From positions 1 to 48,905 of the forward strand of contig JBIKLL010000015.1 in assembly GCA_044359815.1 (NCBI GenBank): a stretch of 48,905 bases of DNA, read 5' to 3'. Under the pieces are notes generated by a model. It did no database searches. It had not been told where the DNA came from and saw only the letters and a program-made list of their open reading frames with translations. Of this stretch, positions 27,391-37,391 are shown piece by piece (positions within the stretch are counted from its first letter, which is position 1; every line of letters begins with the position of its first letter). This stretch comes from Pseudobdellovibrionaceae bacterium. Its GTDB lineage: Bacteria; Bdellovibrionota; Bdellovibrionia; Bdellovibrionales; Bdellovibrionaceae. The position numbers and the translations under genes are program-made.

Positions 27391-28779
27391 ATGAATGCAA
27401 AATCCAAAATTAATCTTGCGGCCTTATCACTACTGGCAATGGGCTTAGCTGCCTGTCAGCCAAATATTTCAGAAAACGATCCGCAATTAAGCCCTGACCA
27501 CATCCAGATTGAAGACTCCCGCATGGGCGAATGGTCCAATGCCAAGGCAAACAGTTTAAATACTGAAAATCTGAATTCAATGACAGCTACTTTGAATCAT
27601 TTCACTGTCAAATTGGAAATCTTAAACCAACTACCCATAGCATCAGTAAAAGCTGTCAATCAGTTTGAGCCAGCTAATCCCCGTGAACTGACTGATGGCA
27701 AAATCGAAGGCTCGTCAGTCTATTACACAGAGCTAATTGACTTGAGCACTCAAAAGCAAAATCAAGAATTTAAAATCAAATACACTATCACACTGACTAA
27801 TGGTCAGACTGTTGAAAAAACAAAAACCCTCAGAAAAGACTTAGTGATTTCAGACTTATTCAGCACTCAGCAATACGGTATTTCAACAAAAGACAATGCA
27901 AATTATTTTGGTAAACTGTGGCTGATGAAAGGATCTGTGCTGAGAACCTCTGGTGATGATATTAAAATCATCGCCGAAGAAATCATTTCAGATGGTGCAA
28001 CTATTGAGAGCTTTTCTGAAGCAGAGACTTTAATCCCATCCGCACAAGGTTTCCCCGGCATAAACGGTGGTAATATCACAGTTGAAACAGATTTGATTGC
28101 TGGTGAACTGACTGTGAACATGCGTGGCGCAAAAGGCGGCCGCGGTTTGCAAGGACCTGCCAGAGACTCTGGCGACAGACCCGAAAAACGAACTGCTGAC
28201 GGAAAAAACGCTGAACTCAAATACAGAACCCTGGGTGGAGTTACCGGCATCACTAATCCCAGATCACCTGATGCCAGGGCGGCATATTCCTATTGCGCAC
28301 AAGAGCCCACTAATGGCCAAGACGCCACCAGAGTTGGATTTCAAGGCATCAAGGGCGGCACAGGCATGCCTGGGGGAAATTCAGGAACCTTCAATCTGAA
28401 GGCTAAAAAGGTTGTTCAGTTTAACCGAACCATAAATCTGCTGCCTGGATTGGGTGGTGACCCAGGACCAGGTGGACCTGGCGGAATGGGTGAGCAAGGT
28501 GGCTTAGCAGGCAAACAAGTGTCTTTGGACTTTGGTTCTTTTGAAAATCAACCCATGACGACTGATAAAGCCGACATCCAAAATTCTTGGGATTCTAACA
28601 CAACACCTGGATTACGTGCGAATGCAAAAGCCTGCACAGGCAAAGCCGAACCAGGCAAGGACGGCCCCAGTGGAGCCCCCGGACCAGAAGGCGACACTGG
28701 TCGATCAGGATATCAGAATTCTTACTGTGCACCAAAGGGCGATTCGGCTGAAGTCGAATGCAGTCACTACACTCGGTAA
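27391..28779 (+). CDS. Lipoprotein with interrupted collagen-like Gly-X-Y segments
   Basis: Lipobox LAAC and several G-X-Y runs (e.g. GGDPGPGGPGGMGEQGG, GKDGPSGAPGPEGDTGRSG). Confidence 0.82.
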   Translation: MNAKSKINLAALSLLAMGLAACQPNISENDPQLSPDHIQIEDSRMGEWSNAKANSLNTENLNSMTATLNHFTVKLEILNQLPIASVKAVNQFEPANPRELTDGKIEGSSVYYTELIDLSTQKQNQEFKIKYTITLTNGQTVEKTKTLRKDLVISDLFSTQQYGISTKDNANYFGKLWLMKGSVLRTSGDDIKIIAEEIISDGATIESFSEAETLIPSAQGFPGINGGNITVETDLIAGELTVNMRGAKGGRGLQGPARDSGDRPEKRTADGKNAELKYRTLGGVTGITNPRSPDARAAYSYCAQEPTNGQDATRVGFQGIKGGTGMPGGNSGTFNLKAKKVVQFNRTINLLPGLGGDPGPGGPGGMGEQGGLAGKQVSLDFGSFENQPMTTDKADIQNSWDSNTTPGLRANAKACTGKAEPGKDGPSGAPGPEGDTGRSGYQNSYCAPKGDSAEVECSHYTR

Positions 28780-29685
28780 CTATCTGAGCCAGCGTTTTTG
28801 CAGCTGTACTGACAATGATTTGCTAAGAGCCACATTGCTGGGGCTGCCAAAAACGCTTTGGTCTGAACAATTAATCGCAATGGACCATTCTGATCGCAGT
28901 GCTAAATTCATTGCTACCGAAGCTGCGACAAACTGCTGAGACTGTCCTTTTGAATTAATGTCGCCGGATACATTGATAGGATCATCATAATTAAAACTGA
29001 GACCCGCTCCAACTCGAAGATTTTCAAAATTATATCCCAGACCTAAACCAGTGATTGTTCCAAAACCTGGTTTGTATTTGCGAATTGCATTTTGATCATT
29101 CTGCGAACGCTCCAGTGAATTACGAACTTCAAAATTAGCAAATCCATCTAGGCGGCCAATATTTTTTGAAAGTATAGTTCCCAATCCAAAACTCCAAAAA
29201 CCCTTCCCCAGCCCATTAACTGCACCCATTGAATCTGTATCATAAATTGATTTTCCACTGGGAACAGAAATCTGCAAATACCCAAGACCTTTTGGTCGCC
29301 AAGGATTGTAATCCCAGTCGGTCAAATATTCGTAGCCAACATTCACAGTCAAATCACCAATTCCTGAAACCTTTTGATCCGAAACTGACCTTTGAACAAT
29401 CGGTAAAGAAACTCCGGCTTGCCATCTGTCCTGAAAAACTAGGGATCCATTCAGAATAACAGTATCCGTTTGATCTTTTGCTGAAGCCTTCTGCCACAAA
29501 GAGTCCCGATCAACGTAGTCTGATACTTTTGATTGAGTCAGACCCAATCCCATTTGGGCTTTTTCATCGCCTAGAATCAACACAGGAATAGCGCTTGCGC
29601 CGCCACAACAGGATGATGCAGAAATTTGCTCAGCAAATCCCAGACTAAAAATTAAAATTATAAATAAATTGTTCATTGATTTCAT
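28780..29685 (-). CDS. Outer-membrane beta-barrel (transporter/MetA-like) with N-terminal CC motif
   Basis: Signal peptide then SSCCGG, plus SG.GD, P.G and G.G.W motifs and amphipathic strands. Confidence 0.65.
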   Translation of the reverse strand: MKSMNNLFIILIFSLGFAEQISASSCCGGASAIPVLILGDEKAQMGLGLTQSKVSDYVDRDSLWQKASAKDQTDTVILNGSLVFQDRWQAGVSLPIVQRSVSDQKVSGIGDLTVNVGYEYLTDWDYNPWRPKGLGYLQISVPSGKSIYDTDSMGAVNGLGKGFWSFGLGTILSKNIGRLDGFANFEVRNSLERSQNDQNAIRKYKPGFGTITGLGLGYNFENLRVGAGLSFNYDDPINVSGDINSKGQSQQFVAASVAMNLALRSEWSIAINCSDQSVFGSPSNVALSKSLSVQLQKRWLR

Positions 29686-30094
29686 TATTGAGTTTTAAAA
29701 TAAATCTGATTTCCCATTCACCTTTCATACTAAAAAACACTTTATTGATCTTGTAGGTACCCACATCCACTTTACTGACAGTGACTGGCGATGAACCATG
29801 CCCCATACTGGGCATCCACAAAATCACACTCAGCTCACCCTTTAAATCGGTTAACACATCAGATCCATCAGTCGGATTGCCATTAAAAACTTGTAATAAA
29901 AAACTGCCAAAATCATCTGTTGTAGGCTCAGTCACCCACTGCAGATGGCCACAAACATCATTCTGAAATCTAACATCGCAGGACAATGAATTTTGTTTTT
30001 CAGTCATTGCGGGTTTAGGTTGTGCGTATTTGGGTTCAGCACAGGATATCAAAAATCCTGCGACTACAATTGAAAATAAAACCCTACCAAACAT
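29645..30094 (-). CDS. YtkA/FixH-like lipoprotein
   Basis: Lipobox LISC, LWMPSMGHGS and FSM.GEWEI motifs. Confidence 0.8.
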   Translation of the reverse strand: MFGRVLFSIVVAGFLISCAEPKYAQPKPAMTEKQNSLSCDVRFQNDVCGHLQWVTEPTTDDFGSFLLQVFNGNPTDGSDVLTDLKGELSVILWMPSMGHGSSPVTVSKVDVGTYKINKVFFSMKGEWEIRFILKLNNEINEQFIYNFNF

Positions 30095-30662
30095 TTTTAC
30101 CTCTGGAAATCGCGCATCCTAAAGTGCGTCCCTCGGCAAGCTTAATGGGCTGGTTATTGCTGATGTCATTCAAAGCCTCTTGCAAATAAATTCTGTCTGC
30201 AGCATCAGCAGTGGCCGAACTGGTGACTCCCCCTTTGTATAAAACATTGCCCGCAATATCTAAAACAAATGAATGTGGAGTTTTGTAGGCCTTAAATTTA
30301 TCGGCTAATTTAAAATCAACATCTCTGATTACACCGAACTTAAAATCTGCATTTTTAAAATATTTTTGAGCCTCTGCAAGAGACTCATCACCATTTGAAT
30401 GGATCACCACAAAAGAAAAATCCGAAAACTGCTGGGAAAGTTTTTTAATGATCTGAACATGACTGTTTGAGCAAGGGCATTTGGCTGACATAAAAATCAA
30501 AACCTGGCCAAGTTTGCCTGATTCAATTGTGACATTTTTTCCCGAAAATAAGTCTTTACCAAAAATCGATGCGTTTGCTTGAGCCTGGCTGAAAATGCCG
30601 AAACTGATTGCGAAACCAACTACTGCTATTTTGATTTTGGAAACAAAAGGCATTCTGATCAC
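30084..30662 (-). CDS. Periplasmic thioredoxin-fold/AhpC-TSA redoxin
   Basis: CPCS, LA..F.A.KTP, LY.G and C-terminal GCAI motifs. Confidence 0.8.
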   Translation of the reverse strand: MIRMPFVSKIKIAVVGFAISFGIFSQAQANASIFGKDLFSGKNVTIESGKLGQVLIFMSAKCPCSNSHVQIIKKLSQQFSDFSFVVIHSNGDESLAEAQKYFKNADFKFGVIRDVDFKLADKFKAYKTPHSFVLDIAGNVLYKGGVTSSATADAADRIYLQEALNDISNNQPIKLAEGRTLGCAISRGKNVW

Positions 30663-30861
30663 CTCATTAATCGATCTTACTTTTCGAGCTTTAGTCCCTT
30701 TTCAGTTATCTGCTTTTAAAAACACATGTTTTCATACATTCTGGTATTCTAAATTGACAACTAACATCACAAAATTTTATCGACTGAACTCAATGCTGTA
30801 TTGTATATCCTCAATCAGAATTTTTGTTCAACAGTTTTGATGAAAGGTTTAAACACATTTT

Positions 30862-31302
30862 ATGAAATCATCCGTAGCTTTAATAATGGGATTGTTTTTT
30901 TCTGTAATGACCTATGCCCAACACATTCATGAAAAACAAATTGAATTGAAATTTGAAAAATTAGGGGTGCATGCCCAAGTCCGTTGGATTAAAGGCCCCA
31001 TAGTTTCAGAGGAATCAAAGCTACTGGTAGAATGGAAAACCGCCAGTGAACAAAAAGCCACAAATCCGGGATCCTTTAAAGTTTCCATATCAATGCCCGA
31101 AATGGATCATGGATCTGCACCTACACAGATTGAACAAGCCGTTGATAAACAAGGAAAAGCCATATTAGGCTTATACAATGTTAATGAAATCTATTTCACG
31201 ATGGGTGGACATTGGGAAGTTAAAATTGCCATCAAACAAGCTGACGGCTCAGTCGAATCACAAACTTTTTCAGTTGATTTGGCAGGCGGACACCATCACT
31301 AA
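30862..31302 (+). CDS. YtkA/FixH-like secreted protein
   Basis: Signal peptide, MPEMDHGS, FTMGG.WEV and His-rich termini. Confidence 0.8.
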   Translation: MKSSVALIMGLFFSVMTYAQHIHEKQIELKFEKLGVHAQVRWIKGPIVSEESKLLVEWKTASEQKATNPGSFKVSISMPEMDHGSAPTQIEQAVDKQGKAILGLYNVNEIYFTMGGHWEVKIAIKQADGSVESQTFSVDLAGGHHH

Positions 31303-31384
31303 AAATTTTAAGCTGCGTTGTCCACCTTATTCATCACTTCAATGACAATTCAAAATCACAAAGTGGGCAGTTTAGATAACAGGT

Positions 31385-32968
31385 TTACCACTTTATCACA
31401 ACACAACCATGGGAACCACGGCGTGACCTGAAGTTCACCGCATTTTCCGGCGCTACGATCTGGTCAACATATTCTCCGCCGCCGCCACCGCAGCCATTAA
31501 AATCTTCTTTCGTTGAAATACCATTGCCACCGTATTCGCTGGCACCGCCGCCACCGCCACCAGAGGTTCTGTTACCAGCATAAATGGCTGGATTTAAACT
31601 TTTACCTGAAGGCACTCCCTCACAAACCGGAGCGTCACCGCCGTGACAGTAAAAATATCCGTTCAGACAAAATGAACCCACTCCGCCTTTACAATTAACA
31701 TCTCCACCAGTACCGTCCCCGCCCGCAGCAGGAGTCACAACAGCTCTAGGCACGCGGCCACCGGCAACTTGCCATCTGGCAACCTTACCTCCGGTGCCGG
31801 TAATGACAGTCGCTGGATGATTAAAAACTGAAGACTGCCCCTCTGTGCCAGTTTGCCCCCATCCTAAACCACTGCTGCCCGCCCCTCCGGAACCACCAGC
31901 ACCCACTGTTAAATCATAAACCTCTCCAGAATTAACTGTGAATGTTTTAATCGCAGCTCCACCGCCACCGCCATGTGCTCCTGACCAGTGACTGTAGTCC
32001 CTGGATGAAGCTCCACCGCCACCACCAATGGCTGTGACTTTTATTGAGCTGACGCCCGCTGGAACTGTAAATTTAAAATTTCCAGCGTTATGAAATCTGC
32101 ACCCATTTTCAATATTTTCACCACCCATAGAAACACAATCAGCCGCAATCGGTGATCCAAAATTAACTGCCGGCAGAGTTGTAGTGGTTACTGTGACAAC
32201 TTCATTGGTCGTTGGAGGCGCTGGATTAGTCACAACTTCTGATTGTGTTTTTAACTCGACGCAGGTTTCAAGCTTTGGATCGCCTGATTGAACACATCCC
32301 AACCAACGACAGCCATTCAATCTGCTATCTAAGGTTTTATCATAAACAAAATCACGCGTGCCCAGATTAATGATCATGGCTTCGCTCCCTGAGGATAAAG
32401 CTTGGTTCATCATTTTATTTTGCAAGCCCCCTGCGCCCAATCGCACAGTACCACCAATTGCTGGATCCGGAGTCATTGGTAAATTAGTATCAGGATTATT
32501 TGTGATGGGCGCATTAGGATCTGCAACAATTGTTGGAATTGGGATTTCTATCATTGGAATATAGATTTCGAAACCCAAACTGTTGATATCAACTCCTGAT
32601 GAAGCAGCGACAGAAAGACCGTTATTAAGCAATGGCGTCACAGCTGCGACTTCAGTCAATGGATCTGCATTTGCTGTCCACGGCTGCATGTTTTCAGCAG
32701 CGCAACTGCCAGCAATTTTAACCAGTTTTGATTCAGCTACATTCAGACCTGATTGCTGAACATTTTCAGAGCCAGAAACTTCTAGAGAATAGGTTTTACC
32801 AAGCTCCAAGGTAACTGTGGATTCTCCATTAACCTTCATCAACAGAAAATCTTGTTCACCTAATGCTGATTCAATGGAATTAAAGTTCACCTGCGAGCAG
32901 TTTTGAAAAAACAAAACCACTGTGGCCGCAATTAGAATTGGACTAACTAATCCCTTGAACTTTCCCAT
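31385..32968 (-). CDS. FQNC lipoprotein with C-terminal glycine-rich domain, paralog of 18887-20179
   Basis: Start reassigned to ATG 32968 (GGGGAG RBS, same MGK start as the paralog). FTVPAGVSSIKVTAIGGGGG...GGGGG...L.VGAGG...G..G.V.I.W is the glycine-rich domain seen in phage tail-fibre-like proteins. Confidence 0.85.
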   Translation of the reverse strand: MGKFKGLVSPILIAATVVLFFQNCSQVNFNSIESALGEQDFLLMKVNGESTVTLELGKTYSLEVSGSENVQQSGLNVAESKLVKIAGSCAAENMQPWTANADPLTEVAAVTPLLNNGLSVAASSGVDINSLGFEIYIPMIEIPIPTIVADPNAPITNNPDTNLPMTPDPAIGGTVRLGAGGLQNKMMNQALSSGSEAMIINLGTRDFVYDKTLDSRLNGCRWLGCVQSGDPKLETCVELKTQSEVVTNPAPPTTNEVVTVTTTTLPAVNFGSPIAADCVSMGGENIENGCRFHNAGNFKFTVPAGVSSIKVTAIGGGGGASSRDYSHWSGAHGGGGGAAIKTFTVNSGEVYDLTVGAGGSGGAGSSGLGWGQTGTEGQSSVFNHPATVITGTGGKVARWQVAGGRVPRAVVTPAAGGDGTGGDVNCKGGVGSFCLNGYFYCHGGDAPVCEGVPSGKSLNPAIYAGNRTSGGGGGGASEYGGNGISTKEDFNGCGGGGGEYVDQIVAPENAVNFRSRRGSHGCVVIKW

Positions 32969-33496
32969 TAGTACTCCCCTAACTAATAGTATAAGCAACT
33001 GCTAGGCCCGCCGGCACGGCTTTATTTTGAACTGCAGACATAGGCACTGTTTAAAGTTTTGAATTAGACCACTTCCTAGTCAATCTCTGTCTGGTGAATC
33101 AGTACTGCCAAACGCTTGATACTGTCTCATTTCGAAACAGATGGATGGCTACGATGACTTCCAGACCCTACCAAGCCAAATTGATTTCTAATCAATCTAT
33201 GTATCCTTAACAAAACTTTTTTTGAATGACTGAATTGATCACTCACTTTCTGTCGATTTGATTTTTCGCAATTGCAGATTTTGAAAAATTATTTTCCCAG
33301 TTCTTAGACAGATGGTTTTTTCGAAAATATTTTGTTCGGCTCAATTTTGTAATCGAACAAAATATGATCACTATCTTTGAAACAAAACTGAAAATTTTAA
33401 TTTTACTTAAGTTATACTGGACCAAGGCCGAGGAAATGTTTGGCGATCGGATTGTAAGCTCTTGCCAGAAGAAACCACAACACAAAGGAGAGCGCT

Positions 33497-34279
33497 ATGA
33501 ACAGACAACAGACAACGGGACGCTTAACTATGGCAATGGCCATAGCCTTTTTAGGCATGTCCCTATCAGCATGTTCGAACAGTTCTTGGGTAAAGGGAGC
33601 CTCACTGGCAACTGAAACAGTCAATAATAATGACTACATCAGTTTAACCACAACATTAGATACAGGCAGCATGACATTGATCCCAATTTCAATCCCAATC
33701 CAGAATCCAAACAACCCCTCTGAGCAACTGGGACAGTTGTCGATTCAGACTGGGATGGGAACTGGGGCTCAATTGAGTTTGAAAGTTAATCTTTCATCCG
33801 CATTGAACATACCTGGTAGTTCCAGCGCAGGAAAATTACCAAACGGAACAGACATCCCTGTTGCCACACCTGATGCCAATAAATGGATTCAAATTCCAAT
33901 CAGAGGTCAATCGTCACGGATTTACCTGAACCTAGACACAGCTAACAAGACTGCTGTTATGGGTGTTGCTGTTGGAATTTCCAACCTAAATGTTGGAGTC
34001 GGTGCAAACTTGCTGATTCCATTTAGCGTTTCAGGTGTTAACGGTTTAGCAGGTGTTTACTCAGGCACCGTTGCTGGACAGAGCGGTTTTGCATTGTTTG
34101 CAGACGCTAGCAGTTTGTTAAAAACCACAAATATCGGTTTTGGCAAATTGGCTATGGGTGATTTTTCAGACGCAGCCACTGGTAGCGTGACCTTTATGCC
34201 AGCTGCTAAAAATGATAATTACCTGACTTACAGGTTGTATCATTTGAACCGAAAAAAATCACAGTTGCAAATGCAGTAG
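33497..34279 (+). CDS. Hypothetical lipoprotein
   Basis: AAGGAG RBS, lipobox LSAC and beta-rich body. Confidence 0.82.
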   Translation: MNRQQTTGRLTMAMAIAFLGMSLSACSNSSWVKGASLATETVNNNDYISLTTTLDTGSMTLIPISIPIQNPNNPSEQLGQLSIQTGMGTGAQLSLKVNLSSALNIPGSSSAGKLPNGTDIPVATPDANKWIQIPIRGQSSRIYLNLDTANKTAVMGVAVGISNLNVGVGANLLIPFSVSGVNGLAGVYSGTVAGQSGFALFADASSLLKTTNIGFGKLAMGDFSDAATGSVTFMPAAKNDNYLTYRLYHLNRKKSQLQMQ

Positions 34280-34301
34280 TTTGATTTTTACATTCAAGAA
34301 C

Positions 34302-34331
34302 AAAAAAGGCTCCGCAAGGAGCCTTTTTTTT
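34302..34331. terminator. Bidirectional rho-independent terminator
   Basis: AAAAAAGGCTCC-GCAA-GGAGCCTTTTTT between convergent genes. Confidence 0.9.
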
Positions 34332-34366
34332 AAACCTGAAATATATTATTTTACTGATTTAATAAC

Positions 34367-34836
34367 TTAAGGATTTACTCTTAAGAAATTTGAAATCCAG
34401 TAACCATTAAGTTTTGCATGAATATAAGTATCTAAAGCCCCTACAATACTAATGTTGTAGTTAGCGCATCGTGATCCGGCGCTGATAATCACACTGGCTG
34501 GAACCTGTGCCACAGTTGTTGAATATGACTCTAAAGCTACAGTCACATTAGAGACTGCGTTTTGACTCAAACAAACAGTCGCACCAATTGATCTGGTTGA
34601 TGCAAATGAAATTTCTGAAGCTCCTAATTGATGAGAGGCCAAAAATCCAATGTAGCTGCCTGCCGTGCAAGTATAAGTGCTTTTAGCAACCCATTCGGTT
34701 CTGACCAGTTTTATTGTTTTTTGAGTAACTGTTGGCTCTGATGCTTTAAATTGCCCGTTAACAGTGCTCAACCGACAATTGTTAGAGACAGTTAAAACAT
34801 TGTTCATCAATGCCATTTTGGCCAGATGAACTTCAT
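34367..34836 (-). pseudogene. Probable internally deleted or frameshifted gene (C-terminal beta-rich fragment)
   Basis: The RBS (GGGGG)-led ATG at 34836 reads only MKFIWPKWH*. The 149-aa ORF 34367-34816 is in another frame and lacks a signal peptide or clear RBS. Confidence 0.4.
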
Positions 34837-35189
34837 TAATAACCCCCGTTATTTGTTTTGGACTTGTTTATTCTGATTGCAATCACCTATTGCAAACAAG
34901 GGACCCGAAAAGCCTGGGTTAATTTTGAGTTCAAATCAAAATCGTCATAAAAATCCGTGATTGTGGCCCTAAATATTTTCTAAGCTTTGGTTTCATTAAG
35001 CCAATTTAAAGATTTGCTCAAAAGCTGATGAGCCGTCTAAAAATTTGACGGGCCCCATTTTGTCTGAGCCTGACTTAAACTTTTTCAGGCCCTTGTGCTC
35101 GCAATCCGCTAAAAGCCCTAATCAGACTTCAGTAAATTGGTATGTTTCTAGCAATTTAGCTTGGATGAAACCGAACAAAAGGGAAATCG

Positions 35190-36332
35190 ATGAAATCGTT
35201 TTTGGTAGCACTTTCTGTATTAATGAATTCCATACCTTCCATTGCAGCTTTGGAAAACGAACCAAAATTGGAATTAAAAATTGCAAAATACTGCATCGTC
35301 GCAGGTCACCTTAGAGAAGTTATCGATGGCCACCCCTGTGGCTCCGTCATAGATGCAACGGGCAATGTGGTTTTGGATCCAACCATTGTTGGTGATTGCA
35401 AACCAAAGTCTGAAGGCGAACCAACGGTTGCATGTAATCCTCTGATTTTTGGCAGAAACAATACCTGTGTCCGATTGCCTTTACTCACAAAGGTCACACC
35501 CACCAGCACAGAATCTTGCAAATCATTATTAAACCGTGGCGATCAGAACATGATTGACCGCATGAAACATGAACTGGTGACAACCACGGACGCTGAACAA
35601 TTCAGATCAGAGGCCTTTGAAAGGACCAACGAATACCTATCGCTTTCAAACTGCGGAATTTACTTTGCCAAAGACCAAGGACATTTGGCTCAGCAAAAAC
35701 AAGACTTAATGGTTCGAAATATGTCCAGAGAATGCTATGCACTTAGAGACGTGTGGACTCATCTGTCCGCGGCCAACTGTTCTATGGATCGAAGCGGCCT
35801 AGCTTTGTTTAGAAAACTAAAAGCATCAGGGCAGGCTTGGATCACTAAGTTTAATAATAATTTTCGACTGTCTTATATCAAAAAAACTCAACTGACTGAC
35901 TATTTACCCGATGCTGCCGGCAGGCCTCCGAAATTAGTTATTTCACAGGTTCCCTACTGCCAGGCCACCTATATGATGCAATTAAAACAGTTACTGGCTT
36001 TACATGAAGTCGCACCTGAAGATGACAATGAAGACTCAACAAAACTTGCTTTGGATTCTCAGGCCAGCCCAACAACTGAGGGCAGCACCGATGATTCCGA
36101 ATTAACAGAATCTCAGGTTGCAGAATCCCCTGCCCCAATCCCAACTCCGCGAGCCAAACCCTCAATGGCAAGCCCAGTTAAACCAGCAATAGCACCTATT
36201 AAGGCACAAACCATAGGGTCAGCAATCATAGATGACAACCAAGACGCAGATGCTGCCTATAGCGGCGGTGGCTTTAAATGCCCAAGAGGCACTACTATAG
36301 GGCCTAATCGTACTTGCATACCTAGGAACTAG
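35190..36332 (+). CDS. Secreted Cys-rich protein with low-complexity C-terminal linker
   Basis: Signal peptide, CNPLIFG motif, acidic/Pro-rich tail and terminal CPRG...C module. Confidence 0.8.
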   Translation: MKSFLVALSVLMNSIPSIAALENEPKLELKIAKYCIVAGHLREVIDGHPCGSVIDATGNVVLDPTIVGDCKPKSEGEPTVACNPLIFGRNNTCVRLPLLTKVTPTSTESCKSLLNRGDQNMIDRMKHELVTTTDAEQFRSEAFERTNEYLSLSNCGIYFAKDQGHLAQQKQDLMVRNMSRECYALRDVWTHLSAANCSMDRSGLALFRKLKASGQAWITKFNNNFRLSYIKKTQLTDYLPDAAGRPPKLVISQVPYCQATYMMQLKQLLALHEVAPEDDNEDSTKLALDSQASPTTEGSTDDSELTESQVAESPAPIPTPRAKPSMASPVKPAIAPIKAQTIGSAIIDDNQDADAAYSGGGFKCPRGTTIGPNRTCIPRN

Positions 36333-36452
36333 AAATTGAGTCCTACTGTGGCACTGGTGGGACTCTAAAAAATCTTCCTGCCTTTGATTTTTTGCTGATA
36401 CCAAAATCCTTTTTATCTATATTGGGCGGATCTTTTTGAAGGGAATCCCTCA

Positions 36453-37391
36453 ATGAAAAACATGAATATTTTTGCCTGCATTAAAATTTTATTTATCGCC
36501 TTAGCCTTTGCCTTATCTGAAAAAGCTTCTGCTCAAGAATCACAATCCCCAATCAAGGCTAACGAAAAATGGATTGTGATTTCTGACATCGATGACACAA
36601 TTAAAAACACTTATTCCAGAGCCCGTTTTAATTTCGGTTATTTTGGATACTTGTTATCTGCTCAAGCTATTTTGCAACACCCAATGTCTATGAATGGCAT
36701 GCCTGAACTGTATCAGCATTTAAACAGGCACTTAGGTTTAAAGTTTTTTTACGTCACAAATTTTCCCTATGCTCATTATAATAATCTGACCGCTGATTTT
36801 TTAAAATACTCTGGATTCCCGCAAGGCCCTTACTACAATCCTGCCCCAGATGTTTCACGCAAAGAATTTAAATTACAGATAATTTCTGAAATCATAGAAA
36901 CCGAAAAACCAGACGGCGTGATTATGATCGGCGATAACTCGGATGCTGATGGCATGTCGTATTTTTGGGTTGCAGACAAATTTCAAGATATCAAAACCAT
37001 TACTTTTATCAAACAATCCAACAGCACTAAATACAACAAAAGGTTTCCCGGCGACGAAGTTTTAAGTCTGTTCCCACAACAAAAGGGTTATGTTACGTCT
37101 GTGGATTTAGCTGCTGAATTAGCTCTGATGGGATTTTTAAACACAGATTTTTTATTTGATATGAATAAAATATTTTTTGAAAATTTCTATAACGAAGTTA
37201 ACTATTTCCGTGAACCTAATTTAAGTTACAAACCCATCAGTTTCCCGCCATGGATTGATTGCCAAGACTATAAACCAAATGCAGAGTCCTTGGCTCGTTA
37301 TGCGTTCTTACACAAATATTATAAAACACTTCAGCAAAAATGCACTCCGCCTAAACCCGCTAATCCCAACAAAATGCTTTACACAAAGTAA
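36453..37391 (+). CDS. Secreted HAD-superfamily phosphatase (App1/phosphatidate phosphatase-like)
   Basis: VISDIDDTIK, GM.ELY, FYVT, FP.G and IGDNS..D motifs. Confidence 0.82.
   Translation: MKNMNIFACIKILFIALAFALSEKASAQESQSPIKANEKWIVISDIDDTIKNTYSRARFNFGYFGYLLSAQAILQHPMSMNGMPELYQHLNRHLGLKFFYVTNFPYAHYNNLTADFLKYSGFPQGPYYNPAPDVSRKEFKLQIISEIIETEKPDGVIMIGDNSDADGMSYFWVADKFQDIKTITFIKQSNSTKYNKRFPGDEVLSLFPQQKGYVTSVDLAAELALMGFLNTDFLFDMNKIFFENFYNEVNYFREPNLSYKPISFPPWIDCQDYKPNAESLARYAFLHKYYKTLQQKCTPPKPANPNKMLYTK

Noticed and set aside
31385..32100. Prophage tail gene
   Set aside because: The glycine-rich domain is fused to a host-type lipoprotein and no other phage genes are nearby.
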